Assembly: GCA_000934665.2 (NCBI GenBank)
Contig: JYFJ02003556.1
Coordinates: 1 to 40,223 of the forward strand
From: Catajapyx aquilonaris
Taxonomy: Eukaryota
DNA: 40,223 nt
Direction of reading: 5' to 3'
A program made the translations under genes and the position numbers. The notes beneath the pieces are model-generated. The model was not told where the DNA came from and made no database searches. It saw only the letters and a list, made by a program, of their open reading frames with translations. Shown one piece after another: positions 1 to 10,811 of this stretch. Position 1 is the stretch's first letter, and each line of letters begins with the position of its first letter.

Positions 1-51
1 CTGCACACTTCTGAATTCGGACTGCACAAAGTGTGCGGATTACACGCTTAA

Positions 52-1461
52 ATTAGGCCCTGCTCCACAGCTACTTAAAATGCTCCTCTTAGGGACTATC
101 GGGTTCAAATACTTTTGACCACTTTATCCTGGTCTAGAAGCAACCCTTCACATACACACACCTCCTTAACGTCGGGCTGTGCGAAGGGTTGCTTCAAGAC
201 CAGGAGAAAGTGGCCAAAAGTATTTGAACCCGATAGTACATCACCTAATAATTCAGAACATTTCCTGAAGACCATCGGAAATTACAATTCGGCCTTCCAG
301 ATGACATCTTTTGGGGCCAACGTTGCTAGAGAAGGGGGCTTCATGCCTACATTCAACCCACCTCCTACATGCCGCTTTCCACTACTCAGCAGCAGACATG
401 GACTATTCTTCTGTCGGTGTTGTTGCAATTGGATCTCTGTCAGAGGTATATAGCCACCATTGTCAGGCAAAGAAGCGGAAGAGTGAAACAAAAACGATCT
501 GTTGCTCCATTGGAAAGGTTAGCCTTCCTCTACTGGCTGAGCCCCCACAGCTACTTAAAATGCTCCTCTCAGGTACATCACCTGATTCAAACATTTCCTG
601 AAGACCATCAGAAATTACAACTCGGCCTTCCAGATGACATCTTTTGGGGCCAGCGTTGTTAGAGAAGGGGGCTTCATACATTCAAAGTGCAAGGCCAAAT
701 TTACCATCCCATGGGATCACTCCTTTCCTCAGAAAATGAGAGTCCGCAGTTTCTGCAGCTTTACTTCGTGGGGAGCATGCAACAGCAGGCGGAATACCGT
801 TCCACCTACTTAAACGGCACATGCCTCGACATCATGCTACAACTTCAGATGATCCATTCCACTCACACGTTTACGTCAAACTTGCTTCAAGCTTGCACTT
901 GAGAGTCCTCCACCTCTGGAATTTGACTTGGTCATCGATGCAGACAAGCGACCACAAGGCGAGCATCGTGGTCGATTCAATCAACCTTCTTGCAATGATA
1001 ATCGCTGTCATCATGAGTGGTCAGGAGCATGGTAATAAGAGGGATATTGTGTTCAGTGAAGCTTCCAGACAACACGCTTCATCTATGGAATTATGAACGT
1101 AATTGGCTATATACCAAATATTGCATGTGCATCAATCCAAACAACACACTATACGGATGCCAGATTCTAAGCTCTGCTATGTTGGAGCTTCTATACATAC
1201 ATTTACGTCTACATTTACTGCACAACCTTCAATTTTTCACTACATACTTTTGCTGGATTTTGAAGGTGTATTGTGTATTTTCTTACAATCCGACATCCGC
1301 AGTGCGTTGTTTTGACTTCATGCACATGCATGTACAGGCTCCATGTTACAGGTATGCCAACATGGTATAGCCATAATTATTACAAAGGTAACTACCAAAT
1401 CAATGAGTCACTCCTATGGAAAAGTCTTTCATAACCCGAGCAACGCCGGGTATCCTGCTAG
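52..1461 (+). mobile_element. Decayed, internally deleted Helitron (RepHel N-terminal remnant plus intact 3' terminus)
   Basis: Frameshifted fragments read HC.AKK..SETKTICCSIGKVSLP, KHFLKTIRNYNSAFQMTSFGA, FKVQGQIYHPMGSLL...PQFLQLYF and RPQGEHRGRFNQP...KRDIV, which I recognise as the N-terminal region of Helitron RepHel proteins. The 3' end has the hairpin CCCGAGCAACGCCGGG (1435-1450), then CTAG (1458-1461), then T. The 5' boundary is not visible. Confidence 0.85.
96..236. mobile_element. 141-bp MITE with ~57-bp TIRs, inserted at TA (Tc1/mariner-type)
   Basis: CTATCGGGTTCAAATACTTTTGACCACTTT... pairs with ...AAAGTGGCCAAAAGTATTTGAACCCGATAG. The right flank is TA and the left flank is GA (probably a mutated TA). 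The duplicate Helitron segment at ~568-580 shows the empty site CAGGTACATC. Confidence 0.85.
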
Positions 1462-2195
1462 TGTAAGATAATTATGTTTGTCTTGGTCCCCTCTATTACC
1501 CATGAAAGTCTTTACAGATTTACAGGAAACAGCCTGTAGATTATCATTGAATTCGATTGCATTTGCTGAAGGGAAAATGATTAATGTTGTGTTTGTGGTT
1601 ACCTCTCAGTCAGATGCAACCTTTTGGAGGCCTAGTGCGGTTTTTATGCAGTGAACACGCGATTGGGATTAGCAACAGCAGCACTGCATTGTGTAGGAAT
1701 AATGAGGGCCATGGAATATGTTATCAAGTCTCATTCAGTCAGCATGCAGTAGGCCCTAATACTTGGCAAGTATCATACCGAGTTATTTTATTTTGTCTTA
1801 TTTATTGTATTAGCATATCTATGTTTATTAGATCATGTTCCTTTATTTTTCTGTTCCATATATTTTAATCGGCCAGGCTAATTATTTTGTGACGTCTTCT
1901 AATTTGACTGAATGAAACTTGCTACACTTTTCGAAAAAACAGGTTTTACACCTGACCACAGGTTACTGTGACAGAATGATTGTGACTATTCAGTTTCAAC
2001 ATTCCACAGACAACTAGAAAATAATACTTTTCTCTAATCGAAAATTGCAAGAAAATTGGAAACAGAGAGAGTGAAGAAATCAGCGTGTTCCCTACACATG
2101 CATTCACAATAATAATCATAAAAAGGTCGTATAATTTTGATATAATTACGACCCTCACACAAGCGTAGATTCATTGTGAAGCCACATGCCTATTA

Positions 2196-2375
2196 AGGCC
2201 GGTATCCACGTACACGATTCTCGCATACGAGGAGCCGCGAGGAGCCAACTGCGCATGCCCAGATACAAGGAAAGGGGGAAAAGTTGAAAATTTTCAACTT
2301 TCTCGTATCTGGGCATGCGCAGTTGGCTCCTCGCGGCTCCTCGCATGCGAGAATCTCGTACGTGGATACCGGCCT
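2196..2375. mobile_element. 180-bp fold-back MITE, PIF/Harbinger (Tourist-like)
   Basis: Near-perfect palindrome AGGCCGGTATCCACGTAC...GTACGTGGATACCGGCCT, flanked by TTA on both sides (2193-2195 and 2376-2378). Confidence 0.85.
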
Positions 2376-2759
2376 TTACCCCGGAAATCAGCAGTCTACT
2401 AACTGCAGATGAGTGAGTGTAGCCTATGTATTGAAGCCATCTTTTATAAAATAAGGTACAGTGAAACTGATGAACTTCTTTTTGTATAATATTAAAATCC
2501 TTGCGGTCTCTGACCGAGCCCTCTGATTGGTCCGCCGTCACGTATTGTTGCCCCCACCTCCCCATTGGCCCGCGTTCATTTTCCCTGGACCTGGAGGCAT
2601 TGTTACCATGACGCCTCCAATTGGCCCCCCTTCCGAGCATGCGCAATGGGTGGAAGAACGCCACAGTCGCTTGCTGGACGTCAACGAGGACGCATCTCCT
2701 CTCCCGCGAAGACCCCTCCAACCCGGTCCCCTACATGGTTGCCTCCCCCACCCTAACCC

Positions 2760-3593
2760 GGGTATTGTCTTCACTAGTCCTGATGCAATCTAGCTCCAAT
2801 ATGGCCGCCCCATGCTGCTGGATAGGGAATGGGGAAGTAGCCTTGGTCTGGGATTTGGGATTTTTGTTCATAACTAGCTAGCCCATGCCTGTAAACATAC
2901 ATTCCATCACTCTGTTGCATCAAAATGACATTACTGGATAAATAACGGCACATTTAAAAGTGCCTTCAAAATTGGCGGGAAAAATGCCCCGGCCGGGTGG
3001 TGCCAATCGAAAGGGTACTCTGAAATGCCTGGTTGACTGCGAGATATGAGGAATTTGACTTTGAATTAACCGCGGACACGACGGAAAGCATTCGCAAGGC
3101 GGCTGTAGGCCATCGAGGAGGAGAAAAGGGGCCTTCATGTGCCGAATTCGGGTGACAGATCATTCCTACCAGTTGGCACCACTGTCAGCCCAGAAGCGAT
3201 TGGAGCGGCCTGGAATAAATACGCGCCCCGGCCGCTATCTTGCTCACGGAATGGGACGGTTGCTAACAACAGCGAAGCATTTTACAACAATGATGGGGCG
3301 CGTTCTATAACACCATTTTTGCGTTCATTTCACTTCGCGTGACGTCAACATTTTCTAGGGAAACAGTGACGTCACCATTTCCCTACATAAAACCCCCAAT
3401 TACTCCGGAACTGAAACTGATATCTTAAAACGGAATATGCCAAAAAAATCCAAAAAACATGGGCGAATTTATTATGTAGTTTCCAAAATGAAGGCTACTT
3501 CCCCATTGGCATTTGTTTTTTTTCAATTGTTTTTTTTTTCCTATGCAATTTTCCTATCTGATTTAGCTCCAATATGGCGGAGAGACAATACCC
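2760..3593. mobile_element. Putative degenerate TIR DNA element
   Basis: Inverted pairs GGGTATTGTCT (2760) / AGACAATACCC (~3583-3593) and AATGGGGAAGTAGCCTT (~2828) / AAGGCTACTTCCCCATT (3491). TAGCTCCAATATGGC occurs near both ends. No clear TSD or transposase. Confidence 0.4.
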
Positions 3594-3989
3594 TGTCTAG
3601 GTGGAGGAGGCACTCATGTAGGTGACCCTGCTCCAACCTTCCGCTTTCCTCCACCCACGGGGAGGGGGAGAGGAGGGGGAAATGGAAATGTAAACAAACC
3701 GAATCGAATATTGGCCAAGGTCGGAATCTGTTGTTTATCAGTGGTGCCAATAACGCCATGGACGTTTATGAACAAAGTAAAATAATTTCGGTTTTTTAAA
3801 CGAGGTCCTTACTAACTGGCATCCCCCAGTGGGAAGAGTTGGTGAGCAGGATTAGCCGCGATATTCAACACTGAACCCGGAGATAGGCCGAGAACGTCAA
3901 AAGAAAGTGGCGGGAAGAATGAAACCATATTTTGATCATCTTAATATAATTTTTTTAATTGCAGTTATTTTTTTAATTTATAAATATAA

Positions 3990-4049
3990 TCGCGGCCACC
4001 CTCGACCCCCACGGAGAAGGCTTCGCGACCCCCAGGTTGGGAACCACTG
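3990..4049. mobile_element. hAT (Charlie-like) element terminus remnant
   Basis: Ends in GGTTGGGAACCACTG, the reverse complement of the typical CAGTGGTTCCCAACC TIR, followed by ATCTAAAA. I could not find the matching left end. Confidence 0.5.
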
Positions 4050-4451
4050 ATCTAAAACAGACACTTCCAAGTTCCATTGGCTGTTTATAACACAGGGAAG
4101 TTATGAGCAGTTAGAAAAACGTGGTCCGAAAGCATATAATAATTATTTAGATACATGTGTGCGAGTGCATGCGAGTACAGGGGCCGGTAGAGGTTGTGAA
4201 TTTCTGTTCATAGAATAATAAATTGTGTGTTTTTTTTAAATTGCAAATGTATGGGTATGTTGAGGTGGGCAAATGCATATTTCCCAGCAAATGCAAAGGT
4301 GGGATTGCAGATTGGTCGCAGGGTATAGGGAATCACGGATATGTGAATGCATAGAGGAACGGATGAGGGTGGGGGGGTGTGGATGTGATTGGCATCATCA
4401 CTGGCAATAAGTCTGAAGCGATTGAAAATATGGTGGGCACTGTATGCCGCA

Positions 4452-4533
4452 GGCCTAGAAAAGAGCGAGCGAAGCGAGCGGTTTTCTAGGCCAGCGCCCT
4501 AGGAAAATGCGAGCGGAGCGAGGATTTTCCTAG
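4452..4533 (+). mobile_element. Two tandem Helitron-like 3' terminal hairpins
   Basis: GGCCTAGAAAA-GAGCGAGCGAAGCGAGCGG-TTTTCTAGGCC is followed by CTAGGAAAAT-GCGAGCGGAGCGAGG-ATTTTCCTAG and then T. The GCGAGCGAAGCGAG core plus CTAG|T resembles Helitron ends. Confidence 0.55.
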
Positions 4534-4734
4534 TATTTTATTTAAATCGCATGAATTATGCTGGCCGCGGCATATCCATTGTCCACAAAAGGTGCACGTG
4601 CATTCATCTTTAAGAAGTTTTAAAAATCGCAACGATAGCGACCGTATTTTTCACCAAAATCTTTAATAAATGAGCTACTCTGATACCCCAGCCCGCAGCC
4701 TGAATTTTTAATGTTCACAGGTACCGTATTCGAC

Positions 4735-7700
4735 ATGACCCCAAGCAATAAGTCGCCGGAAGCACAAGAACTAGTCAGCAAGTGGAGATGGGTCATTCTC
4801 TTCCTGTACATTGTATCCAACGTTTGCAACTGCTTCCATTGGATAATGTTTTCTGCAATAAGTGACACTGTCATGAAGTACTACAGCGTGACGGCGATTG
4901 CCGTCGAATGGCTTTCTATGGCTTACATGCTATCCTACACGCTTCTCTTTCTTCCCATGACCTACGTCATAGAGAAAAAGGTAATTAATCCTTAACGCGA
5001 TCATGCTATTTTGCCAATTTTGTACAGCTAATTTTGGTAAGGGTTTGAGATTCACGGTGTTGACTGGCACCTTTCTGACTGCCGTGGGAGCCTGGATTAA
5101 AGTGGTGTCGGTGTCTCCGGACCTGTTCTACGTCACTGCCATCGCTCAGTCGGTGGAGGCAGTTGCAGAGGTTTTCCTGTACGGTATTCCTCCCTACATT
5201 GCTGCGACATGGTTCGGACCAGACGAAGTGTCCAGGGCCTGCGCTTTGGGATGCTCGTCCACATTGGTCTGTACAGTACGTAGCAGTCAAGAAATAAAAT
5301 AATGACAGTCAATAATTTTAATTCAGATAGGAACAGCCCTTGGAATGCTGGTCCCCTCAATGATTGTGGCTGACAGCGACAACCACAGGAGCATCGCCAC
5401 GAGATTAAGCACAGTGTTTTACATCGGAAGCGTTCCGCCAACAATCTTCTTTGTGCTGATGGTATTTTGTACGTTGAGATTAACCGAACTGCCTCATTGC
5501 GTAGCACGCTCATCTAATTTATTTTTCCTAATTATATTTTCAGTATTTGACAATGCGCCACCGAAACCGCCGAGTTCGTCAGCGGCAGGTTTGCTCTTGT
5601 CCGGTGTGACCAAAAGATATAAGGATTCGCTGAGAAGCGTCATAAGAAACAAGCACTTTGTTCTGCTCCTGATCACTTACTCTATTGCAATGGGAGTAAG
5701 CGAGGCGGTTCTGACCCTTCTGAATGACTTGGTGCTTCCTAGTTTCCCGGTATGACTTTAACTACTCTTATGCAAGTACAAGGACAGCATTATACAGTTG
5801 TTCCGCATGATTTTTTTCCGGTTTGTTATTCGAAACAGTTTAAAAGCAAATTTCTGCAGGATTTACATTCTAATGTGCAAAAATGCAATTTTTTGTAACT
5901 TTTAGTAGCGAGGGAATTTGTAATTAATTATAATTATTGTATATTATCTACATTTGACTCCAGGTATTTGTATTTCAGATGTACCCTGAAAGTGCAGGAT
6001 GGCTAGGATTCATATCCATGATGGCTTCTTTATGTGGAGCATATATAACGGGAATTTTAATGGACAAGACTCACCTCTTTCGGTCAGTGAAATTAATCAG
6101 TGTGTTTTGGAAACTTGTGTAGAATCCTTAGTAAAATCAGTTGTCTTTTATTTGACGTTACTTTAGAGTACAGTGCCGTGCACAATAGCATATAACAAGC
6201 AAATAACAAGTGTAAACAACGACTTTGGCGTTACCTGGCAACTGGGCGTGTTCGGACATCGGCATGTGGAGAGTGCTTAGCGATCTTTCTGTCATTGCCA
6301 CTGTTTACAGGTAGCGATTGATGCTGGGCGACCTATAGCGAAGGGTGTGTGCATGCTTACCAATGCATGGCATCGGAATAAGCGGGCTGAGGAGATATTA
6401 TTTTGAGAAGGCGCTTCGTTATTATCACACTATCGTCACTGTCTTATTCCCACGATGATGGAGTTATTATCAATCGCTACCTGTAAACAGTGGCAACGAC
6501 AGAAAGAGCGCTGAAGCACTCTCTACATGCCGATGTCCGAACACGCCCAGTTGCCAGGTAACGCCAAAGTCGTTGTTTACACTTGTTATATGCTATTGTG
6601 CACGGCACTGTACCAGCACACATACAGGGTGACTTTAACACATGTAATTGGATCGTATTGTTGATTTCCAATTGTGCCAACTAGCAGATTGTTGTCAGTC
6701 AGTATAGGATGAGTTGGTATACGGTTCAATTGTAGTTGGCACAACTGGAAACCAACAATATAATCCAATTACATAATTATACGTATATCATGACTTTATA
6801 TAGTGACCCTGTAGCATAATACACGGTGATCCGTTTGGGTATAGGGATAGTTTTAAAATGCTGTGGTATGTGTTGTAACAGACAGAATTGATCCAAATTA
6901 GGCGGAGATTACCACTATGAATGGGAGTAATGTTTGTCTAGGTCTCCGCATGACCCCCTTTACGTACTCGGTAGAGTTGCTTTCGGGTGCTTAATTCCTG
7001 CCACGTGTTTTGTAACATTCCCGGAGTGATTTTTGCGAATGCTACAGAAATTTTCACCTCCAGGTCATCCAGGCTTTGAGGTCGTTTTCCGTAGATGATA
7101 GTCTTCACAAACGACACACAATGAAATCGGGGGGAGTTAGATCCAGGGAGTTTGCAGGCCAAGGAATAGGGCCACTACGACCACACCAATATTAATAGAC
7201 AGTGTTGTTGATCTTCCTGACTTCCAGTTCAGCTTCCAGTGACCAGTAGAGTGGGACCCCGTCTTGCTGAAAAATGACATTGTTGTCCAGTTGTGGTACC
7301 AAAATAAGATCTTAGAATGTCAAACTATGGACCTGCTCGTATTGTGTCCTCCAAGAAGGTAAAAGGTCCGTACAGCTGGTTACGCCACATCCAGCCTCTT
7401 TGGTCACAATGTATAGGGCCAATGCAGGCGCACTGAGTGCAGTGCACGACCCTCCCATCTTACCTCGCCAAACTGGCAGAATTTCAACTTGGTACGGCTT
7501 ATGTGTTGATTGTGTTACATATTTTTAATTGTCCCTACCCAAACGGATCACCCTGTAATGTATACATAGTACAGTACATGTGCCACTGAATAAATTACTG
7601 CGCTTTTTACCTGCAGGGAGGCAAACATATTTTTCAATGTCACGAGCGTAGCTGGACTTCTTAGCTTCACCTACGCCCTTTACTGCCAGAACATCAATTA

Positions 7701-8126
7701 TGTTTATGCCTCTGTCGTTTTATATGGGTGAGTTGCAGCCACAAACGTTGAGTAAAATTACCAACAAGACCGCATGTTACATTCTACTTTGCCTCCAGGT
7801 TATCCGTGGCTTACGTCACCTTTGCCTTCGACTATGGTGCTGAATTATGCAATCCCAAGGAAATTGTGATCATGGGAAATATCGTCTGTGTCGTCGGCCT
7901 TGTAGGCGGGATTGGTGTAGTGAATGTTGCAGGCTGGATACTGCAAGACTATGGCAGCCTTTCTTCGCTCCTGTACTTATGCGCGCTGTTAGTTGTAGCT
8001 ACGTTGATAAGCTTCTTCACACGAGGAAAGTACCAGAGGTGTAGTACATCCGAGTCTCCTGCTCGTCCGCGTGAAGAACCCGAGTCCCTTGATGCAGGCA
8101 TGCAGCCCTTTACTTGTACCGTGTAG
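4735..8126 (+). CDS. FLVCR: FLVCR/SLC49-like MFS transporter, array copy 1 (453 aa, most divergent)
   Basis: Exons 4735-4980, 5042-5266, 5327-5468, 5544-5749, 5979-6082, 7617-7727, 7799-8126 splice in frame. Motifs: RWVILF, NCFHWI, GAWIKV, WFGPDEVS, PPKPPS, DKTH. An acceptor at 4720 implies a 5' UTR intron. The symbol is a family label, not an orthology claim. Confidence 0.88.
6171..6610. mobile_element. 440-bp MITE with ~140-150-bp TIRs and TA TSD (Tc1/mariner-type), in intron 5 of copy 1
   Basis: TA|CAGTGCCGTGCACAATAGCATATAACAAG...CTTGTTATATGCTATTGTGCACGGCACTG|TA. The arms remain complementary through CAGGTAGCGATTGAT / ATCAATCGCTACCTG. Confidence 0.9.
6625..6811. mobile_element. 187-bp MITE with CAGGGT termini and TA TSD
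   Basis: TA|CAGGGTGACT...AGTGACCCTG|TA. Internal inverted arms are ATGTAATTGGATCGTATTGTTGATTTCCAATTGTGCCAACTA and TAGTTGGCACAACTGGAAACCAACAATATAATCCAATTACAT. Confidence 0.75.
6822..7555 (-). mobile_element. Internally deleted Tc1/mariner-superfamily transposon (rosa/maT-like) with transposase remnant
   Basis: TA|CACGGTGATCCGTTTGGGTA...TACCCAAACGGATCACCCTG|TA. Minus-strand fragments read VIFQQDGVP, WPANSLDLTP and VKTIIYGKRPQSLDDLEVKISVAFAKIT...GGH, matching the FQQDGAP and WPARSPDLTP motifs, with frameshifts. Confidence 0.85.
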
Positions 8127-10811
8127 ACTTGAGTACAAGTGAAAATAATTCGTGACATTTTTTTCCTGCTTAAAGCAAAAGAAATGCGTGTGAATATTAA
8201 TATGATCGCAAAATAAATTATTATATTCTGAAGAAGGGCCTTTCTTTTCCATCGCGCATGATCCATTGGCTGGACCGTTTTGTGTGTATAGGCATATCGA
8301 TCCAGGCTTCATTCGTCCCTCGGCCTCTCCAAGAACTGGAACCATGTCCTGTCAGGTAGGTTATTTGGTAACACAAGGTATTAAATAACTCACCTGTCGG
8401 ATGGTACGTGGCTGTCCGATACGTGTAACTTTAATAAAAAACTATTCTCCTCCTCCCCATAGATATTTAAAAGGTGTATAGCTCTACCTTTAATGTCTAT
8501 ATGCTCCTCCCGTTTAGCATCAGACATATATAATTATGAATTAACTTCCTTATTGACACAAATTGTGGTTTTGTTGCGCTACTAGAAAATAATCAGAAGT
8601 TTTAGGCGGCAGCTGTACGTACAGACGTACAGTATATTATTATGACAACTATGTATAGCATTGATGTTGTGGCAGGTCATGATGTGGAACGAGACTTTTT
8701 ACCACGAATCTTGGCATCCCGGCAAGGTACTATTAATATATATACACTGTACTTCCGCTTATCCGGGTTAATAACTGCACGGGTGTCGCCAGATAATCGG
8801 AAATCATTGATAATCGTAAAATGGTCCTAGACATCGTAAAAATGAGCTATTCGCAGGATTTTAATGTACTACTGTATAGATACTGCATAGAGTATAGACT
8901 ATGCTAATTCTACACAGGACGATGTAACATTAGGGAGCGAGATAACTAAATAACTCTTATGCGGCCACAAGTGATGCGCAAATATTATTTTATAAATATA
9001 ATGTGGCATATTGTAACTCTTGTGATAATTTAAAAAATCAGCACGCCTAAACTCACACACACTATCACTATAACCTGTAAATCTATAATTCAGTATGCAA
9101 ATAACCACAACCTTGCTAAGAGACCTTGAATTTGTTACGTAATCCTATAGCCGGCAACAGCTGAACCAACACTCATATCCTACAGTCTCGCAATCGAACA
9201 ACAATGTTTATTACTGCATATTTCCAGGTGAATCAGTATGAGCCAAAAACAAAGCAAGTGCACTTCCAAGAAGCGTCAATGACACCACCTGAGGCTATTT
9301 CAAGTCAAGGAGTGACGTAAATTAGGATACGTGAAGGTCATCATCCCAGAAAAAGTCACCCCAAAGTATCACACACAAGTTCTCTGGTTGTGCTGATTTT
9401 GCAGGGGAACCCCCAAACCATGGAAAGTGACCCGACAAGTGACCGCATCTCCGGCCACGTAAGTAATTGCCGATTCAACTGACGTCAGAATTATTCCTAA
9501 AACCATCAATGAACTTTCCCTTGACGGAAGGCCGAGGTTTTTTCTTCTAGCGGTTTAAGATCACGTAGGCCCCAAGACTACGCAATGCATGACCTCCTTG
9601 CGCACACTGTTTTACCGGGAAAATAATTGGACGGAATAATTTCAGCAGGTTGGAGTGGAAACATGTGCCATTCAAGAAGAGGAACTTCTGGCGGCACTTC
9701 AGTATTTATTTTATACCAACATCATATAGTAGAAGGCAGGAAAGGAAGCCAACTTATTGGTTTTTATTCTACGATTTTCCGGTAAGTACTATTCCTGTAG
9801 TTGCAATGACACCATTGCTTCCTGTCAGTAGTAGGCTAGTTGCAGTACAGTACAGTGTAACTGTTTTTTTTTTGTTCCTGTTTTGTAATTTGAAAATGGA
9901 CAGATGTGTCCTATTATTGCTATTCATTCAGGGTGTAATGATTTTTGACACAGATTATCAGAATAAAAATCGATTGCTATTTTTAGATTAACACAAATAA
10001 TACAATAGCTGGTAATATTACGATGATTGAAGGCAATCATTTGCGCGGTATATCGGGAAAACTGAGGGAAGACACGCAAGGCAAGGCGCTATTTTTGTCG
10101 TGGTTTCGCTATTATTCAATGAAAGTTAGAGACTTTCGAGAGCTTACGAGTTTAATAACTAAAAGGCAGTGGTGAGCTGGTTATTAATGACTCCCTCTGT
10201 CGTAAATAAGATGTTAGGTTGTCAGGATTTGGTATTTCATGCGTTTTCGAGACATATTGACATTTTTTGGACTTTTATTTCTAACTTAACTTTTTGCCGA
10301 CGCACGGATAATCCGCAACACGGATAATAGGGAGTGCAATGTACATACTCTTCCAAAACAGGCATAAAATCATCAGTGATAGAGTGAGCCAGACTCGGAC
10401 AAAATCCAGAACCTCCATCATACCGGAAAAACTGGTTTAACAATAAAAATAATAAAAATAAATAAATGCAGAAAGAAAAAATGGGTGTCATAAAATGGAC
10501 AAGAATAAGTGTCATAAATTGGGTTGAGGTATCACAAAAGCGAAATGTTTTCTCCACATTTTGATTGTTTATTGTTTATCCTATAGTCAAAAATCTGATG
10601 GCCGTTGTATGTCCAGATTAACTCCGTCAACATTAATACAGTACAACACATAAGTTATCCAGTATTTACCAATAACATTTGTGGTCTGCTATTGTTGCAT
10701 AACTGCAGGTAGACTATACAGTACGCATGTATAATTCTTGCCTTATACAGAATGGGTTGCATTACTATTTTGGTGTCACATTATTCTTCAACCTCCACAG
10801 GAAGTTAAAAA

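Noticed and set aside
2155..2721. 188-aa minus-strand ORF
   Set aside because: It runs through a palindromic MITE, which explains the repeated RMR peptides, and shows no recognisable domain.
10296..10343. CGGATAAT repeats ending in ...GTGCAATGTA, like a MITE right end
   Set aside because: I found no matching left terminus, and it is too degenerate to call.
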